The notes beneath the pieces were generated by a model, which saw only the letters and a list, made by a program, of their open reading frames with translations, had not been told where the DNA came from and did no database searches. From NCBI GenBank assembly GCA_965203315.1, contig CBDBCE010000004.1, forward strand, positions 224,001 to 288,000: 64,000 bases of DNA. The letters are read 5' to 3'. Positions 36,023 to 46,500 of this stretch are shown here, one piece after another. The translations under genes were made by a program, and so were the position numbers. The first letter of the stretch is position 1. The number at the start of each line of letters is the position of its first letter. The stretch is from Nitrosopumilus sp. (lineage in GTDB: Archaea; Thermoproteota; Nitrososphaeria; Nitrososphaerales; Nitrosopumilaceae).

Positions 36023-37289
36023 TCAAATCTAAACTAGTCGACAAGACCTGAGAACCCTCCAAGAGCCCAATACTACCACGTTTTGCTTGTTGTTCCGTCA
36101 TTCTTGTTGTTCCGTCATTCTTGATATGATCAATTGATACTAGGATCGGTACTGGATCATCACTGTGTCCTTTGTTTATACATGGTGTAGAGTGATCTGC
36201 TGATACAACGATGGCAACCTTGTCTGTGTCAATATTGTCAACAAGTGTCTTAAAGAATCTCTTATCGATCTCTTCTATGTTTCGCATCTTGCCTACTGCA
36301 TCGCCGTCATGTCCAAATTCATCAGGACCTTTTAGATGCACATATATTGCATTCTGAGTCTGCATGGCATCTGCTGCAACCTTGGCCTTCGTCTCATAGT
36401 CTGTAAGGCCTCCTGCTTGAAACGTCTTCATCTTTAGGATCTTTGCTATTCCGATCTCTACTGGCATATCCACTATGCATGAAAATTCCATACCGTACTT
36501 TTCATTGATTGGAGTAACTCTTGGATAACTGTTTCCTGCATCTCTGAGTAGTATGCAGCTCAGTTCTTTCTTTCCTTGTAATCTACGCCTCTCATTTATC
36601 TTGCTGTTCTGTAGTATGGCCTTTGAGTGATCTGCAAACTCGTTTACTAGATCAGATGTCTGTTTTGCTTGAACAGAGTCTTCTAGGGGGAGACATCTCT
36701 CAATCTTTAAAAAGTCGCCTACTGCCTTTGCGACTCCCATTCCGCCAATGTTACTATATGCGGGATCGGTGTTTGTGATCTTGGAAGAGAGACGATTCTT
36801 ATTTCTAATTCTAACTGTTACTCTATGACCTATCGTTGGAGCAACCGCCACCCGAGTTGTATCGTCTGAGAATTTGATCTCTGACTCAATCTCTGTGGCA
36901 ACACTATGCGCATCATCTCGTTCAATATGTCTTCCTGCTCTTCTATCTGTGATTATATTTTGATCATCTAGCGTTGCAAAGTTTCCTCGAAGCGCAAGAT
37001 CACCATCTTTAAAGTCTATTCCAATCCCTACTGCCTCGATGACTCCACGACCTGAATATTCTGCATGATTAAACTTGTATCCCAACATGTTAAACACAGC
37101 AATATCTGATTCAGGAGCTATTCCTCTTCCAACCGATATGACTTGGCCTATGACACCATTGTTTGCAATCCTATCTAGCGTTGGAGTCGTAGCGGCAGCT
37201 AGTGGAGTCTTGCCATCTAGATCTGGATGAGCAAGATCACCCACTCCATCTAGCAGAACATAGATCATGTGGATGTCTTGATTACTCAT
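36006..37289 (-). CDS. apgM: 2,3-bisphosphoglycerate-independent phosphoglycerate mutase (archaeal)
   Basis: LLDGVGD, PESD, DEFGHDG, ADHSTP, HSDDPVP. Confidence 0.93.
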   Translation of the reverse strand: MSNQDIHMIYVLLDGVGDLAHPDLDGKTPLAAATTPTLDRIANNGVIGQVISVGRGIAPESDIAVFNMLGYKFNHAEYSGRGVIEAVGIGIDFKDGDLALRGNFATLDDQNIITDRRAGRHIERDDAHSVATEIESEIKFSDDTTRVAVAPTIGHRVTVRIRNKNRLSSKITNTDPAYSNIGGMGVAKAVGDFLKIERCLPLEDSVQAKQTSDLVNEFADHSKAILQNSKINERRRLQGKKELSCILLRDAGNSYPRVTPINEKYGMEFSCIVDMPVEIGIAKILKMKTFQAGGLTDYETKAKVAADAMQTQNAIYVHLKGPDEFGHDGDAVGKMRNIEEIDKRFFKTLVDNIDTDKVAIVVSADHSTPCINKGHSDDPVPILVSIDHIKNDGTTRMTEQQAKRGSIGLLEGSQVLSTSLDLIRSQR

Positions 37290-37407
37290 AGCTGTTGTCC
37301 TGATCTGAATTGTATAAATCTTTGATCAAATTCTGCTTACTTGTCTTTGTATCTGCAATGTGATTCACATCTAGTAAACATTTTAACAGGTTGTACAAAA
37401 TTTAATC

Positions 37408-38421
37408 TTGATGGGGAATATTCGTAAGGATTATGTTTCAGAACGTTTTATGATTGTATCCAAGAGTGATGCTATCTATGATGCAAAACTATCTCCTTTT
37501 GCACCAGGACACGAATCCATGACAAATCCTTCTGTACTGTCTCTTGTAGCAAAAGATGGTATACTGAAACGACTTCAAGATAATGAAGACGCATATGTGA
37601 AGGATTGGTCAATCCGTGTCTTTGAGAGAAACGATCCGATTGTGTCTGTGGAAGCAGAAAACTTGTACGACGATAAACCGTTTTACAGTGAGCCAGCTTA
37701 TGGTTATCACTATATTGTAGTTACATCCACCAACATCGACGATACGTTTGCAAGCATCGATACTGAACAGTGGTCAAATATTCTAGTTGCGATTCAAGAT
37801 AGATATCGATGGCTCTACACACAAAGAGGAGTCAAATATGTATCCATATATGCAGATCATAATGCTGACGAGCACAACCATCTCCACCCAAACATCAATA
37901 TGATAGCTCTCTCTGTAGTCCCTCCCACAATCGAGGGAGAAGCAAACGCTTCAAACAAGATACTTAACGAGAGAGGTTTGTGTCCCATGTGTCAGATTGT
38001 AACTGATGAGACTAGAGGTCCTAGAGAGATTTTACAAACAGAGAGTTTTATTGCATTTTGTCCATGGTCTCCAACATATCAATACGAGTTTTGGATAGTA
38101 CCAAAGAGACATACTACTAGCTTCGCAAAGAGTAGTCAGAAAGAGATCAACGATCTAGCAATGATCCTCAGATCTACTCTTGGCGGGCTAGAACACACAA
38201 TAAAGAACGTCTCGTACAGCTTTGCATTCCATCTGTCTCCTGAAAAAAAGAACACACGTCAAATTCATTGGCACGTTGAGGTGTATCCTGTTACTCAGTC
38301 TTGGTCAGGCCTTGAACGTGGCTATGGAATCTACCTCAACTCTATCTCACCTGAACAAGCTGCAAAAAAACTAGGCTCTGCATGTAGACGTGAATTTGCA
38401 AATCTAGTTGGACTCACATAA
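37408..38421 (+). CDS. galT: Galactose-1-phosphate uridylyltransferase-like (HIT fold)
   Basis: PFAPGHE, AYGYHYIVV, CPMC, EFWIVPKRH, HWHVEVYP. Confidence 0.8.
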   Translation: MMGNIRKDYVSERFMIVSKSDAIYDAKLSPFAPGHESMTNPSVLSLVAKDGILKRLQDNEDAYVKDWSIRVFERNDPIVSVEAENLYDDKPFYSEPAYGYHYIVVTSTNIDDTFASIDTEQWSNILVAIQDRYRWLYTQRGVKYVSIYADHNADEHNHLHPNINMIALSVVPPTIEGEANASNKILNERGLCPMCQIVTDETRGPREILQTESFIAFCPWSPTYQYEFWIVPKRHTTSFAKSSQKEINDLAMILRSTLGGLEHTIKNVSYSFAFHLSPEKKNTRQIHWHVEVYPVTQSWSGLERGYGIYLNSISPEQAAKKLGSACRREFANLVGLT

Positions 38422-38489
38422 TTATTTCTGTATGATGTCAACCTGTCGAGATCTTTGATTTACGCGCAACAAATTATCAAAACAACTAG

Positions 38490-38768
38490 TTAGACACGAT
38501 CTGATCTCTGTTTTCTAAGAATGTATATGCCAGCAAGTAATATTGGAATACCTACTAGAGGTCTAACCAAAAAACTAAAGATATCAGTTTGTTCAAAATC
38601 TATGCTGTGTTTTATACTAGCTCTAAATAAAATATTATGCAATAAAACAAGAGCGATTAAAACATGCACCCATAAAAAATAACACGATAAAACTATCAGG
38701 CCACTGCCTATGATTTTTAATAGATTCATGGTATTGAAAAAATAAGGATTATGAGCCAAATGGCTCAA
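38490..38768 (-). CDS. Small membrane protein (candidate immunity protein)
   Basis: Two hydrophobic helices; abuts the 3' end of the secreted-protein gene. Confidence 0.55.
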   Translation of the reverse strand: MSHLAHNPYFFNTMNLLKIIGSGLIVLSCYFLWVHVLIALVLLHNILFRASIKHSIDFEQTDIFSFLVRPLVGIPILLAGIYILRKQRSDRV

Positions 38769-39666
38769 CCCAAATAGTTCCCAATTGTGATGTTCTTTGG
38801 TCTGTAGATGAAGTGTATGTATTCATTATTGTAATCAGCGTGACTCGACTTGGACCAAATGCGTTACATTGTACTTCATCTGTGTCATGCGGAGTTGTTC
38901 CTGTAAGAGTACATGCCTGAGCCTTTACCTGACCTGATCCTGGAATAATATTCGCCAATACATCATGTCGTTTGATAGTCTTACTGTGCTCAAACTCGAC
39001 GCATTGGTGGTTTCTCCGATCAACAATTTTCTCATTAATTTCTGCCGGGTACGTAAAAGTTCCAGTAATCTTTGCTTTACCGTTTGTATATGATATGAGT
39101 GTAGATGATGCAGAACCGCTAACTACTTTCTTATGTTTACAATCCCATTGCTGTTGCTGGCCGTTATGAGTTTTGTACACATTTATGGATACGCTGTTGC
39201 TCATTGTATTTACTTCATTTACTTGATTACTTGTGGCAACATAATTTACTTTAATAGGTCTTGAATTGTCTACAGAACTATCAAGATCTTCTGATTCATA
39301 TGTTGCATCAAGAAGATCAAACAACTCTTCAATAGTTTTTTCTCGATATTGCTCTTCAATGTCAGACGAGTTTCTTGAAACTAAAAGTATTGCCTTGGCA
39401 ATCTCTAATCTCTCAACTACATTTTCCAAGTAATCTATGTCGTCAGAATCAGCTTCAAGTTCTAGGTATTCTTTATAGTCTTTAATTACTGATTCCATAA
39501 GTTCTATGCCTCCTGTATTTCCCACTGGTCCAATAGAGCCATCTTTTGGTTCAATCTCTGATTCGAGTTTATTTAACATATTTGTGTCGGTGTTTTGCGC
39601 CAATACTATGCCTGGAACTAAGAGTATAGTGACCAGACATGATGTGGCAATTTGTATCTTATTCAT
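38749..39666 (-). CDS. Secreted protein with the same signal peptide as 21620-22495 and an unrelated Cys-containing C-terminal domain
   Basis: MNKIQIATSCLVTILLVPGIVLA-QNTDT. Confidence 0.75.
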   Translation of the reverse strand: MNKIQIATSCLVTILLVPGIVLAQNTDTNMLNKLESEIEPKDGSIGPVGNTGGIELMESVIKDYKEYLELEADSDDIDYLENVVERLEIAKAILLVSRNSSDIEEQYREKTIEELFDLLDATYESEDLDSSVDNSRPIKVNYVATSNQVNEVNTMSNSVSINVYKTHNGQQQQWDCKHKKVVSGSASSTLISYTNGKAKITGTFTYPAEINEKIVDRRNHQCVEFEHSKTIKRHDVLANIIPGSGQVKAQACTLTGTTPHDTDEVQCNAFGPSRVTLITIMNTYTSSTDQRTSQLGTIWVEPFGS

Positions 39667-39854
39667 GTTATTAATTGTTGCATAACTTTTTTACTATATG
39701 TGGAAGTCGTATCTATGATACGTATCTATGATACGTAATGTTTTTATATGTGCCCTAGACGAGCCGATTCAGTCCACTTGATTGATCTTGATGTGTCTAA
39801 TTATCAATAACTTTTGTAAACATTAGATGATTAAAGGTAAACGATTGTCCTTGT

Positions 39855-39973
39855 AGATCTTTTTAATTTACGTGGTATGTGGGCGGTTACAGAAAAAGCA
39901 CTACGAGATTCTATAAGTGAAAATTACAGAAAAAGCCTTGCGAAACACCATCCCACGCAAATCGAAGAGATCC
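39855..39973. mobile_element. MITE-A copy; a small MITE-A end fragment also at about 38449-38466
   Basis: AGATCTTTTTAATTTACGTGG..CCATCCCACGCAAATCGAAGAGATCC. Confidence 0.85.
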
Positions 39974-40055
39974 CTGGTATCATCTCAAGCATTTACCGAG
40001 TTTGTATCTTGCAAAACCTTGAAGATTTAATTATAAACAGCACACGGTATAGACT

Positions 40056-40496
40056 GTGAGGCTAGAGTTTTGGCTTGCTATTGGTGGCATAGCTCTGTTT
40101 GGAATGTTTGTCGGTGAGATGTTGTCTGTATATTTTTTCATGACGTCTGTTCCTGATGACTTTGATTATGCACAGGCGTTCGCCCCAGAACCCAAGATAC
40201 TACAGTTTATCTCGATAGGTGTTGCACCTGCTGGAGTACTATCTGCCATCGCATTCATCATGTCAAAGAGATATGGCTCTAAAGTGGTTGGTACTCTGAT
40301 AATAGTTGGTGGAATCATCCTACTTGTCGGTATGTCTTACTGTTATACACTGGTATCTGATATTCCATCAGATTATGTATCATTTACTGTACAGAATATT
40401 CCTCTCTTGTTTGCTGGCTTGTCTTTTACTGTAATTGGAGTTGGTTCGTACCTCTTGCGACAGCGAAAGAGACGTCCAATAAAGGAGTACTTTTAG
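40056..40496 (+). CDS. 4-TM membrane protein
   Basis: Four hydrophobic segments, basic C-terminal tail. Confidence 0.75.
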   Translation: MRLEFWLAIGGIALFGMFVGEMLSVYFFMTSVPDDFDYAQAFAPEPKILQFISIGVAPAGVLSAIAFIMSKRYGSKVVGTLIIVGGIILLVGMSYCYTLVSDIPSDYVSFTVQNIPLLFAGLSFTVIGVGSYLLRQRKRRPIKEYF

Positions 40497-40921
40497 TTGT
40501 GGTCAAACCGCATCTCTGTCCCATGTTCCACAAATCCAATCTTTTCATAAAACGGTTTCACGTCACTGCTGCAATCGAGAATGGTCTTGTAACATCCTCT
40601 ATCTGCTGCCTTGTTTAACAGATACTCTATGATCTCTCTTCCAATTCTCTTTCCTTGATAGTCTTGATCAACTACGACATCTTCTATGTGGCCGGCTATT
40701 CCTCCACCATGAATGAACTTTGGTTCTATGAGTAGTGTCGCAGCTCCAACAACTCTACCATCTACTTCGGCAACGGCTATGATGTGATTCTTGTTTACAT
40801 CAATATCCTCAAAGATCTCTTTAGCCAACTCTCTGCTGATATTGCTTGTAGTTCGTAACGTATCTAGCGAACTTAGAAATCCATTCCAGAGATCTCCTAG
40901 TTGTAACTCTCGGACTATCAT
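40493..40921 (-). CDS. GNAT acetyltransferase (glucosamine-phosphate N-acetyltransferase-like)
   Basis: IEPKFIH, GHIEDVVV..YQGKRIG, CYKTILDC, FYEKIGF; probable start MIVREL. Confidence 0.9.
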   Translation of the reverse strand: MIVRELQLGDLWNGFLSSLDTLRTTSNISRELAKEIFEDIDVNKNHIIAVAEVDGRVVGAATLLIEPKFIHGGGIAGHIEDVVVDQDYQGKRIGREIIEYLLNKAADRGCYKTILDCSSDVKPFYEKIGFVEHGTEMRFDHN

Positions 40922-40922
40922 A

Positions 40923-41624
40923 CTAGATCTTGCCCAGTCTTCTAACGTACTTTTCATGTGCTTGCTTGTATGCTGCCTTGTTGCCGATATCCATGAATCC
41001 TGTCTTGACGACAAAACTATCTACACGCATCTTGTTCTTTATTGCTTGTTTGATGACATTGTCCATTCCATATGGTTTATTCGCTGGGATATATCCTAAA
41101 ATGTTTGGTTCCATTACATAACAGCCTGTATTGATCATCGCCTTGATCTCTGGCTTTTCATTCCAGCCTATAACTCGTCCTGACTTTGATGTCTCGATCA
41201 CTCCATATTGTAGATTTGATTTATACTCGTAAAGACTCATTGTTGCAAACGAGCGTTGTTTGATGTGTTGCTCTACCATCTCACGAAGTTTAAAGTTGTA
41301 TATCGAGTCTCCATACATACAAACAAAAGACTCGTCAAGCATCCGTTCAGCTGACTTTAACTGGCCAGCTGTTGCTAGTGGCTTGTTTGATGCAGCATAC
41401 TCTATCTCTACCCCAAATCTACTCCCGTCTTCGAAATAGTCTTCTATTGTCTTTCGTAGATAACTCACACACAAGACTATTGAACGGATTCCATTCTTTC
41501 TGGTCCAATCAATCAAGTGCTCTAGAATGGGCTTCTCGCCCAACGGCAACATGGGCTTTGGAAGAAACGTCGTATATGGCTGTAGTCTGGTTCCTAATCC
41601 TCCTGCTAGAATTACCGCTTTCAT
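40923..41624 (-). CDS. Sugar-phosphate nucleotidyltransferase
   Basis: AVILAGGLGTRL.P..PKPML. Confidence 0.92.
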   Translation of the reverse strand: MKAVILAGGLGTRLQPYTTFLPKPMLPLGEKPILEHLIDWTRKNGIRSIVLCVSYLRKTIEDYFEDGSRFGVEIEYAASNKPLATAGQLKSAERMLDESFVCMYGDSIYNFKLREMVEQHIKQRSFATMSLYEYKSNLQYGVIETSKSGRVIGWNEKPEIKAMINTGCYVMEPNILGYIPANKPYGMDNVIKQAIKNKMRVDSFVVKTGFMDIGNKAAYKQAHEKYVRRLGKI

Positions 41625-41665
41625 GTAAAACTGACCGGTGTGTTATTATTTATGTTCGATGTTGA

Positions 41666-42964
41666 TCATGTCTCTGTAATCAGCTTTGATAGTTTTTGTA
41701 GAACATTGTCTGGTCTAGTCCCAAATATTATGATCATGGGCTCTTTTCCCAAGTCTCCTGTATGGTATATGATATCTGGAGATTCGGTTGCATCGCGAAT
41801 TGCTTCTTGTACGCCCCAACTGATGCTAGAGCCTCCGACTCTGATATCTGTAGGCTCTGACTGTCGATCGTACTCTAGTACAACCATGCCGCTACTTGCT
41901 GCTCTCTTTATGATATCTATATTATACATGATGTTTATTGCAGATCGAATATCTGGAAATCTCTTATTGACAGTAACTATCGCTGTTGCAACATGTTTTG
42001 ATCCTCCATATACGATATCGCCTGCAATTACAACTCTCTTTCCAGACTTTACTATTCTGCCTCGGACTCCTACAACATCATTTAGACTCTGAGGTCTCTT
42101 TCTTGCATATACAAAGTTTGTCTGACATTCTGGAATATGGTTTGATACATGATCCATCTTGACAAGCTCTAGTATATTGTATGTGATATCTCTTGTGATA
42201 TCATCTACTAGACGAGTATTTGTTATGGGTATTCCTTGACCTAGATGTACTGCAGACTTTATTCCTTCCAGCGTCATCTTTTTTGCATAAAGAGCTGCAT
42301 CATATACTGTCATCTTTGATCCGAGACCGACTGCTATTGCTGTCGCAAAGTTACAACCGCTACCATGATTCTCACCAGGAACCTGTACCCCTGTGATGTA
42401 TCTGATCTGATCTCGTTCTGCAATCAGATCTACAATCTCGTCTCTAATGTGAATACCAGTAATGATGACGTTTGGCACTCTGGTGTCTAGTATTGACGTT
42501 GCAATCTCTTCTGGTGTACTGTGATCGAGTTTCATCCCTGCAAGTATCTCAGCTTCAGTTATGTTTGGCGTCACTATTGTACTATCTGCTACGAGCCGTC
42601 TGAGATCCTTGATTGCAGACTCTGTTATCAACATGCCCCCTGTGGTTGATCTGATTACTGGATCAACTATTATTGGTACATCAATCTCTGCTATGTAGTG
42701 TCGTATGATATCGATCGTCTCTGTATTGTATACCATTCCTATCTTTATCGCATCGATCTCAAAATCATCTGTTACTGCATCGAGTTGACTCTTGATCATT
42801 CTTGGTGATACTGTCTCGATCGTCGCAAACTGTCTTGTGTTCTGTCCAGTTATTGCAGTAACTATGCAAAGACAATGTACTCCTATATCTGATGTCGCTT
42901 TAATGTCTGCCTGTACTCCTGCACCAGATGTTGGATCAGATCCGCCTATAGTTAGGAGGTTCAT
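41666..42964 (-). CDS. thiD: Bifunctional HMP/HMP-P kinase ThiD - thiamine-phosphate synthase ThiN
   Basis: GGSDPTSGAGVQAD, TPN..EA, HGSGC; C-terminal IPECQTN..GGSKHVA..GKEPM. Confidence 0.93.
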   Translation of the reverse strand: MNLLTIGGSDPTSGAGVQADIKATSDIGVHCLCIVTAITGQNTRQFATIETVSPRMIKSQLDAVTDDFEIDAIKIGMVYNTETIDIIRHYIAEIDVPIIVDPVIRSTTGGMLITESAIKDLRRLVADSTIVTPNITEAEILAGMKLDHSTPEEIATSILDTRVPNVIITGIHIRDEIVDLIAERDQIRYITGVQVPGENHGSGCNFATAIAVGLGSKMTVYDAALYAKKMTLEGIKSAVHLGQGIPITNTRLVDDITRDITYNILELVKMDHVSNHIPECQTNFVYARKRPQSLNDVVGVRGRIVKSGKRVVIAGDIVYGGSKHVATAIVTVNKRFPDIRSAINIMYNIDIIKRAASSGMVVLEYDRQSEPTDIRVGGSSISWGVQEAIRDATESPDIIYHTGDLGKEPMIIIFGTRPDNVLQKLSKLITET

Positions 42965-43375
42965 AGATCAAATCATGATCTCTGTATTAATCTGCCTTTC
43001 TAGTTGGACTCATGATGCTTGTTTTGCACAATCAAATGAACAGAAATTATCTATGTCACTATGAAACTCTCGACCACAATGTTTACACTCTCTCACAGTT
43101 CTCATACTATAATATAATCACGATAGCATATAAGATCAATGCTGTCTCTCAAACCTGATACCAAGTATGTGGTATCTGATCTGTGCGCCTCTCCGCAACG
43201 TTATTACGCGATTTTGAGAGTTATGTACTGTCATGTCCCCGGCTGTGCATTGCAGAACCAACCATGATGAAAGATTGATGACTTTATCTAAACATCAATT
43301 TTGACACATGCTTTGCGATCTGCAATGAGAATTGTGTGAACACTTGTCAACATAGAATGTAACAAACCTCTGGTG

Positions 43376-43484
43376 ATGTTCTCTTCGATTTATGTGGAAT
43401 GCATTTTACAAGACTTGTCCGTTCCTATGAAGTCTTGTACTTTTTTTCTGTCAAAATTCTATCTCAAGTAAACCGAAGAGATTC
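43376..43484. mobile_element. Degenerate MITE-A copy
   Basis: TCTCTTCGATTTATGTGG..AAGTAAACCGAAGAGA. Confidence 0.7.
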
Positions 43485-43544
43485 TCTCAAAATGCTCTCA
43501 TGCTTGTTACTTGAACTGGTGCCGTACTAGAACCTACAAGATAC

Positions 43545-43569
43545 TTTTATAAGATACGGGGGGGGGGGG
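43545..43569 (+). promoter_or_regulatory. TATA box followed by a G12 homopolymer
   Basis: TTTTATAA at 43545-43552; 12 G at 43558-43569; TTG start at 43578. Confidence 0.7.
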
Positions 43570-43577
43570 AGTAATTA

Positions 43578-46500
43578 TTGTATAAGCGTCATCTGATCCC
43601 TGTTCTAGCTTTGGCAATAATTGTACCATTCTTACTAGTTGATCTAGATGATGCGTTTGGGGCGGTTATACCTCCATACAACTATTTGAATCCTGGTTTA
43701 AATCCCTCAACAGGTTGGCGTACTGATACGGCGAGCTTTTCATCTCCTCTTACCATACATGACAACAATAGTGCAACTCTTGTTATTAGTACTAGTTTTA
43801 ATCACATTAGACATGGCGCCGCCTATCAACCTGAAGGAGACATCACCATAGATAAAGGAACAAAGATACTACCAAACTCTGTATTTGCATCAATTGGTTG
43901 TACAGTCCAGTTTGCAGTGACCAACGTTGGTTCCAATCCATCTAATGATGATTCCCTTCATGACTATGCTACTCTACCTACTAACGTATATAGCAACATC
44001 TGGACTAATTTACCTGGCAGTGATGTTAAAGTAATAGGTGTAGACTTTAAAGAATACACCTCTAGTACTTGTGACGTCTCTGCTCTTACCACTAAAAACT
44101 CTACCAATGAACCACTACTCACAGACAAATCGATGAGAGTTACCCTTTATGGTCAGGCTGGCAAAAAGGCGTTCTTTACCTCACACTTTGAAAATATCAC
44201 CACGGCTCAACTGATCCCAGAATGTACTAGTGCAAACTTTGACAACACTACCAAGCAACTCAAAGGACAAACTCGTATGTGTTATGGTACCTATGTTGAT
44301 AGTACTACTAATAATTCTATCTTACCTTATAAGCGTGGTAATCATCTGATTATAATAACAACACAGATTGGAGAGTATGGTGCTACTAGTACAATTCTTC
44401 CACCAGATACACTGCCTATACTACCGCCTAGTGGTTTTCCTACTTCACTCATTACTAATGACGTCCCATACCTGAAAAGCAGTCCTAATATAGACAATGG
44501 AACAATTGGTGCTACCAGTGGCAATCGATATCAGATAGACGGTACTCAGGCCGGTGCACTGGTTAAGGCAGGTGATATCCATATACAAGGTACGACAACG
44601 ATACTCTCAAATCCGATACTCTTAGGTCTCTCAACAACATGCGCTTTTAATATAATGTCACTTCCTACTCTAAGTACTGCTTTTCCGACCAACGCACAAC
44701 CGGCAGGCAACGCAACCAATCCGGCTTCGATGACATTTCGTGGACAATCCAGTTGTGCAAACTGGTCTCCTACACATCCAATGATAACAGACAAAGAGAT
44801 GCGAATCACTCTAACCAATAAAACGGGCAGTAAGGCATGGTATGCATCACCTCGTCAGGGTATAACCGAAGCGCAACCAATTCCTGCGTGTACTACAGAT
44901 ATGATATATCTGAACAATGGTACCCTCAAAGGCAACACAAAGATGTGTTATGGTGTGTATAGTGATCATTTAATAATTATCACAAAGAGATTCTTTGGAC
45001 AATATGGATCTGCTGACACAATCACAACTCCACAGAATCCGGTAGATCTTGATTCAGACAAACCTATGCAAACTATGCCTCCATCCACTACATCACTAGC
45101 TCCTCCACAAAACTTTGCAAGTCTGTCGCCACAGTTTACGGCATTTGGGATCATCCCACGTGGCGCAAGCATAGGTGGCGATATCAACGTGAACACTGAT
45201 ACTCGATTTGGTCCACCAAACAGCAAAGGTGACGTGGTGATACAGGCCAATACAAAGATAAAGCCTGCAGCTCTATTTGACACTGACGTCGGAAGACCTT
45301 GCATCAGCGTCAACTTTAGAGATCCCGCAATCTTGATAACTCCTCCTACTGTTCTACGAGGTGCAGATGCAATGGGATTTGACTTGTCAACATCTACTGG
45401 TCTGACTCCTGTATGTACGATAAATCCTACAGCATTCAACGGAACTCTATTAACAGACAAAGAGCTGCGTATAACACTATATCCAAACGCAACCACCGAT
45501 ACAATAGCGCCGCACTTTTTCTCACAAGAACAAGGTAACTCTGCCACCAAGCCGATACCTCTGTGTACTAGTACGAACATGCACGCCAACCAGACTCTGA
45601 TAGGCGACACAGAGATGTGCTATGGCACACACGACAACAACACCATAATCATATCAAAGCGCATTGGCATATACAGTGCAAATGCACCAACAGGAACTAT
45701 TGTTCCAGATCCTGTATCTACACCAGTAAATACGGTCAACGGTACAATATCGTTCACAGTATCAGGCGCATGGACACCAGGTGAGCAAGCTACAGTATCA
45801 ATATCTGATGCAGATCAAAACAAGAACAGTGCAGCAGACGACGATCAAACTATATCGAATGCAAAATCTAGAATTCCAACACTGATAACAGGTGATCCAC
45901 ATACGCTAAAAGATGGCGATACAGATCAAATATACGCATATACGGGACGAGGCAGCACATGGATACCATTCCTTCAAGATCCCAGTCAAAGCTACATACA
46001 TCAATTAAACTATAAAACAGATGACAGTCATCGTGGTATAATATCGTGGACTGGTGGTGATCTATCAAACAACGCAGAGACTCTATCACTTGGAGGTGCT
46101 GGAGTAGGACCAATGCTTGCGATACCTCTGGGTACGCTAGGTGATCTCCGCGACTCCATAAACGACGACGACCTCAACGGTACAGGCAACTTTACAGGAC
46201 GAAACCTGATAAACTATGACTTTGGTTCACTGACCCCAAACATCCGAAAGAGTCAACTTACCATAGTGAATAGTGCTGGAACTTATTTGTACAGTGGCGT
46301 ATTTGCAAGTGATGATACGAGATTCCCAAACCATAATGCTAAATCTGACATACTAGATATTACCGGTTTTACAGTTGCGCATCAGACTGGTACCGACTAT
46401 GTACTGACAGGCCCTGATCTATTATCTCAACCTAATGTAAACGACAACAGTCAAGTTTTATGGATAATAGAGTTCAGCGAGAGTCTAGTGCTTACAGAAG

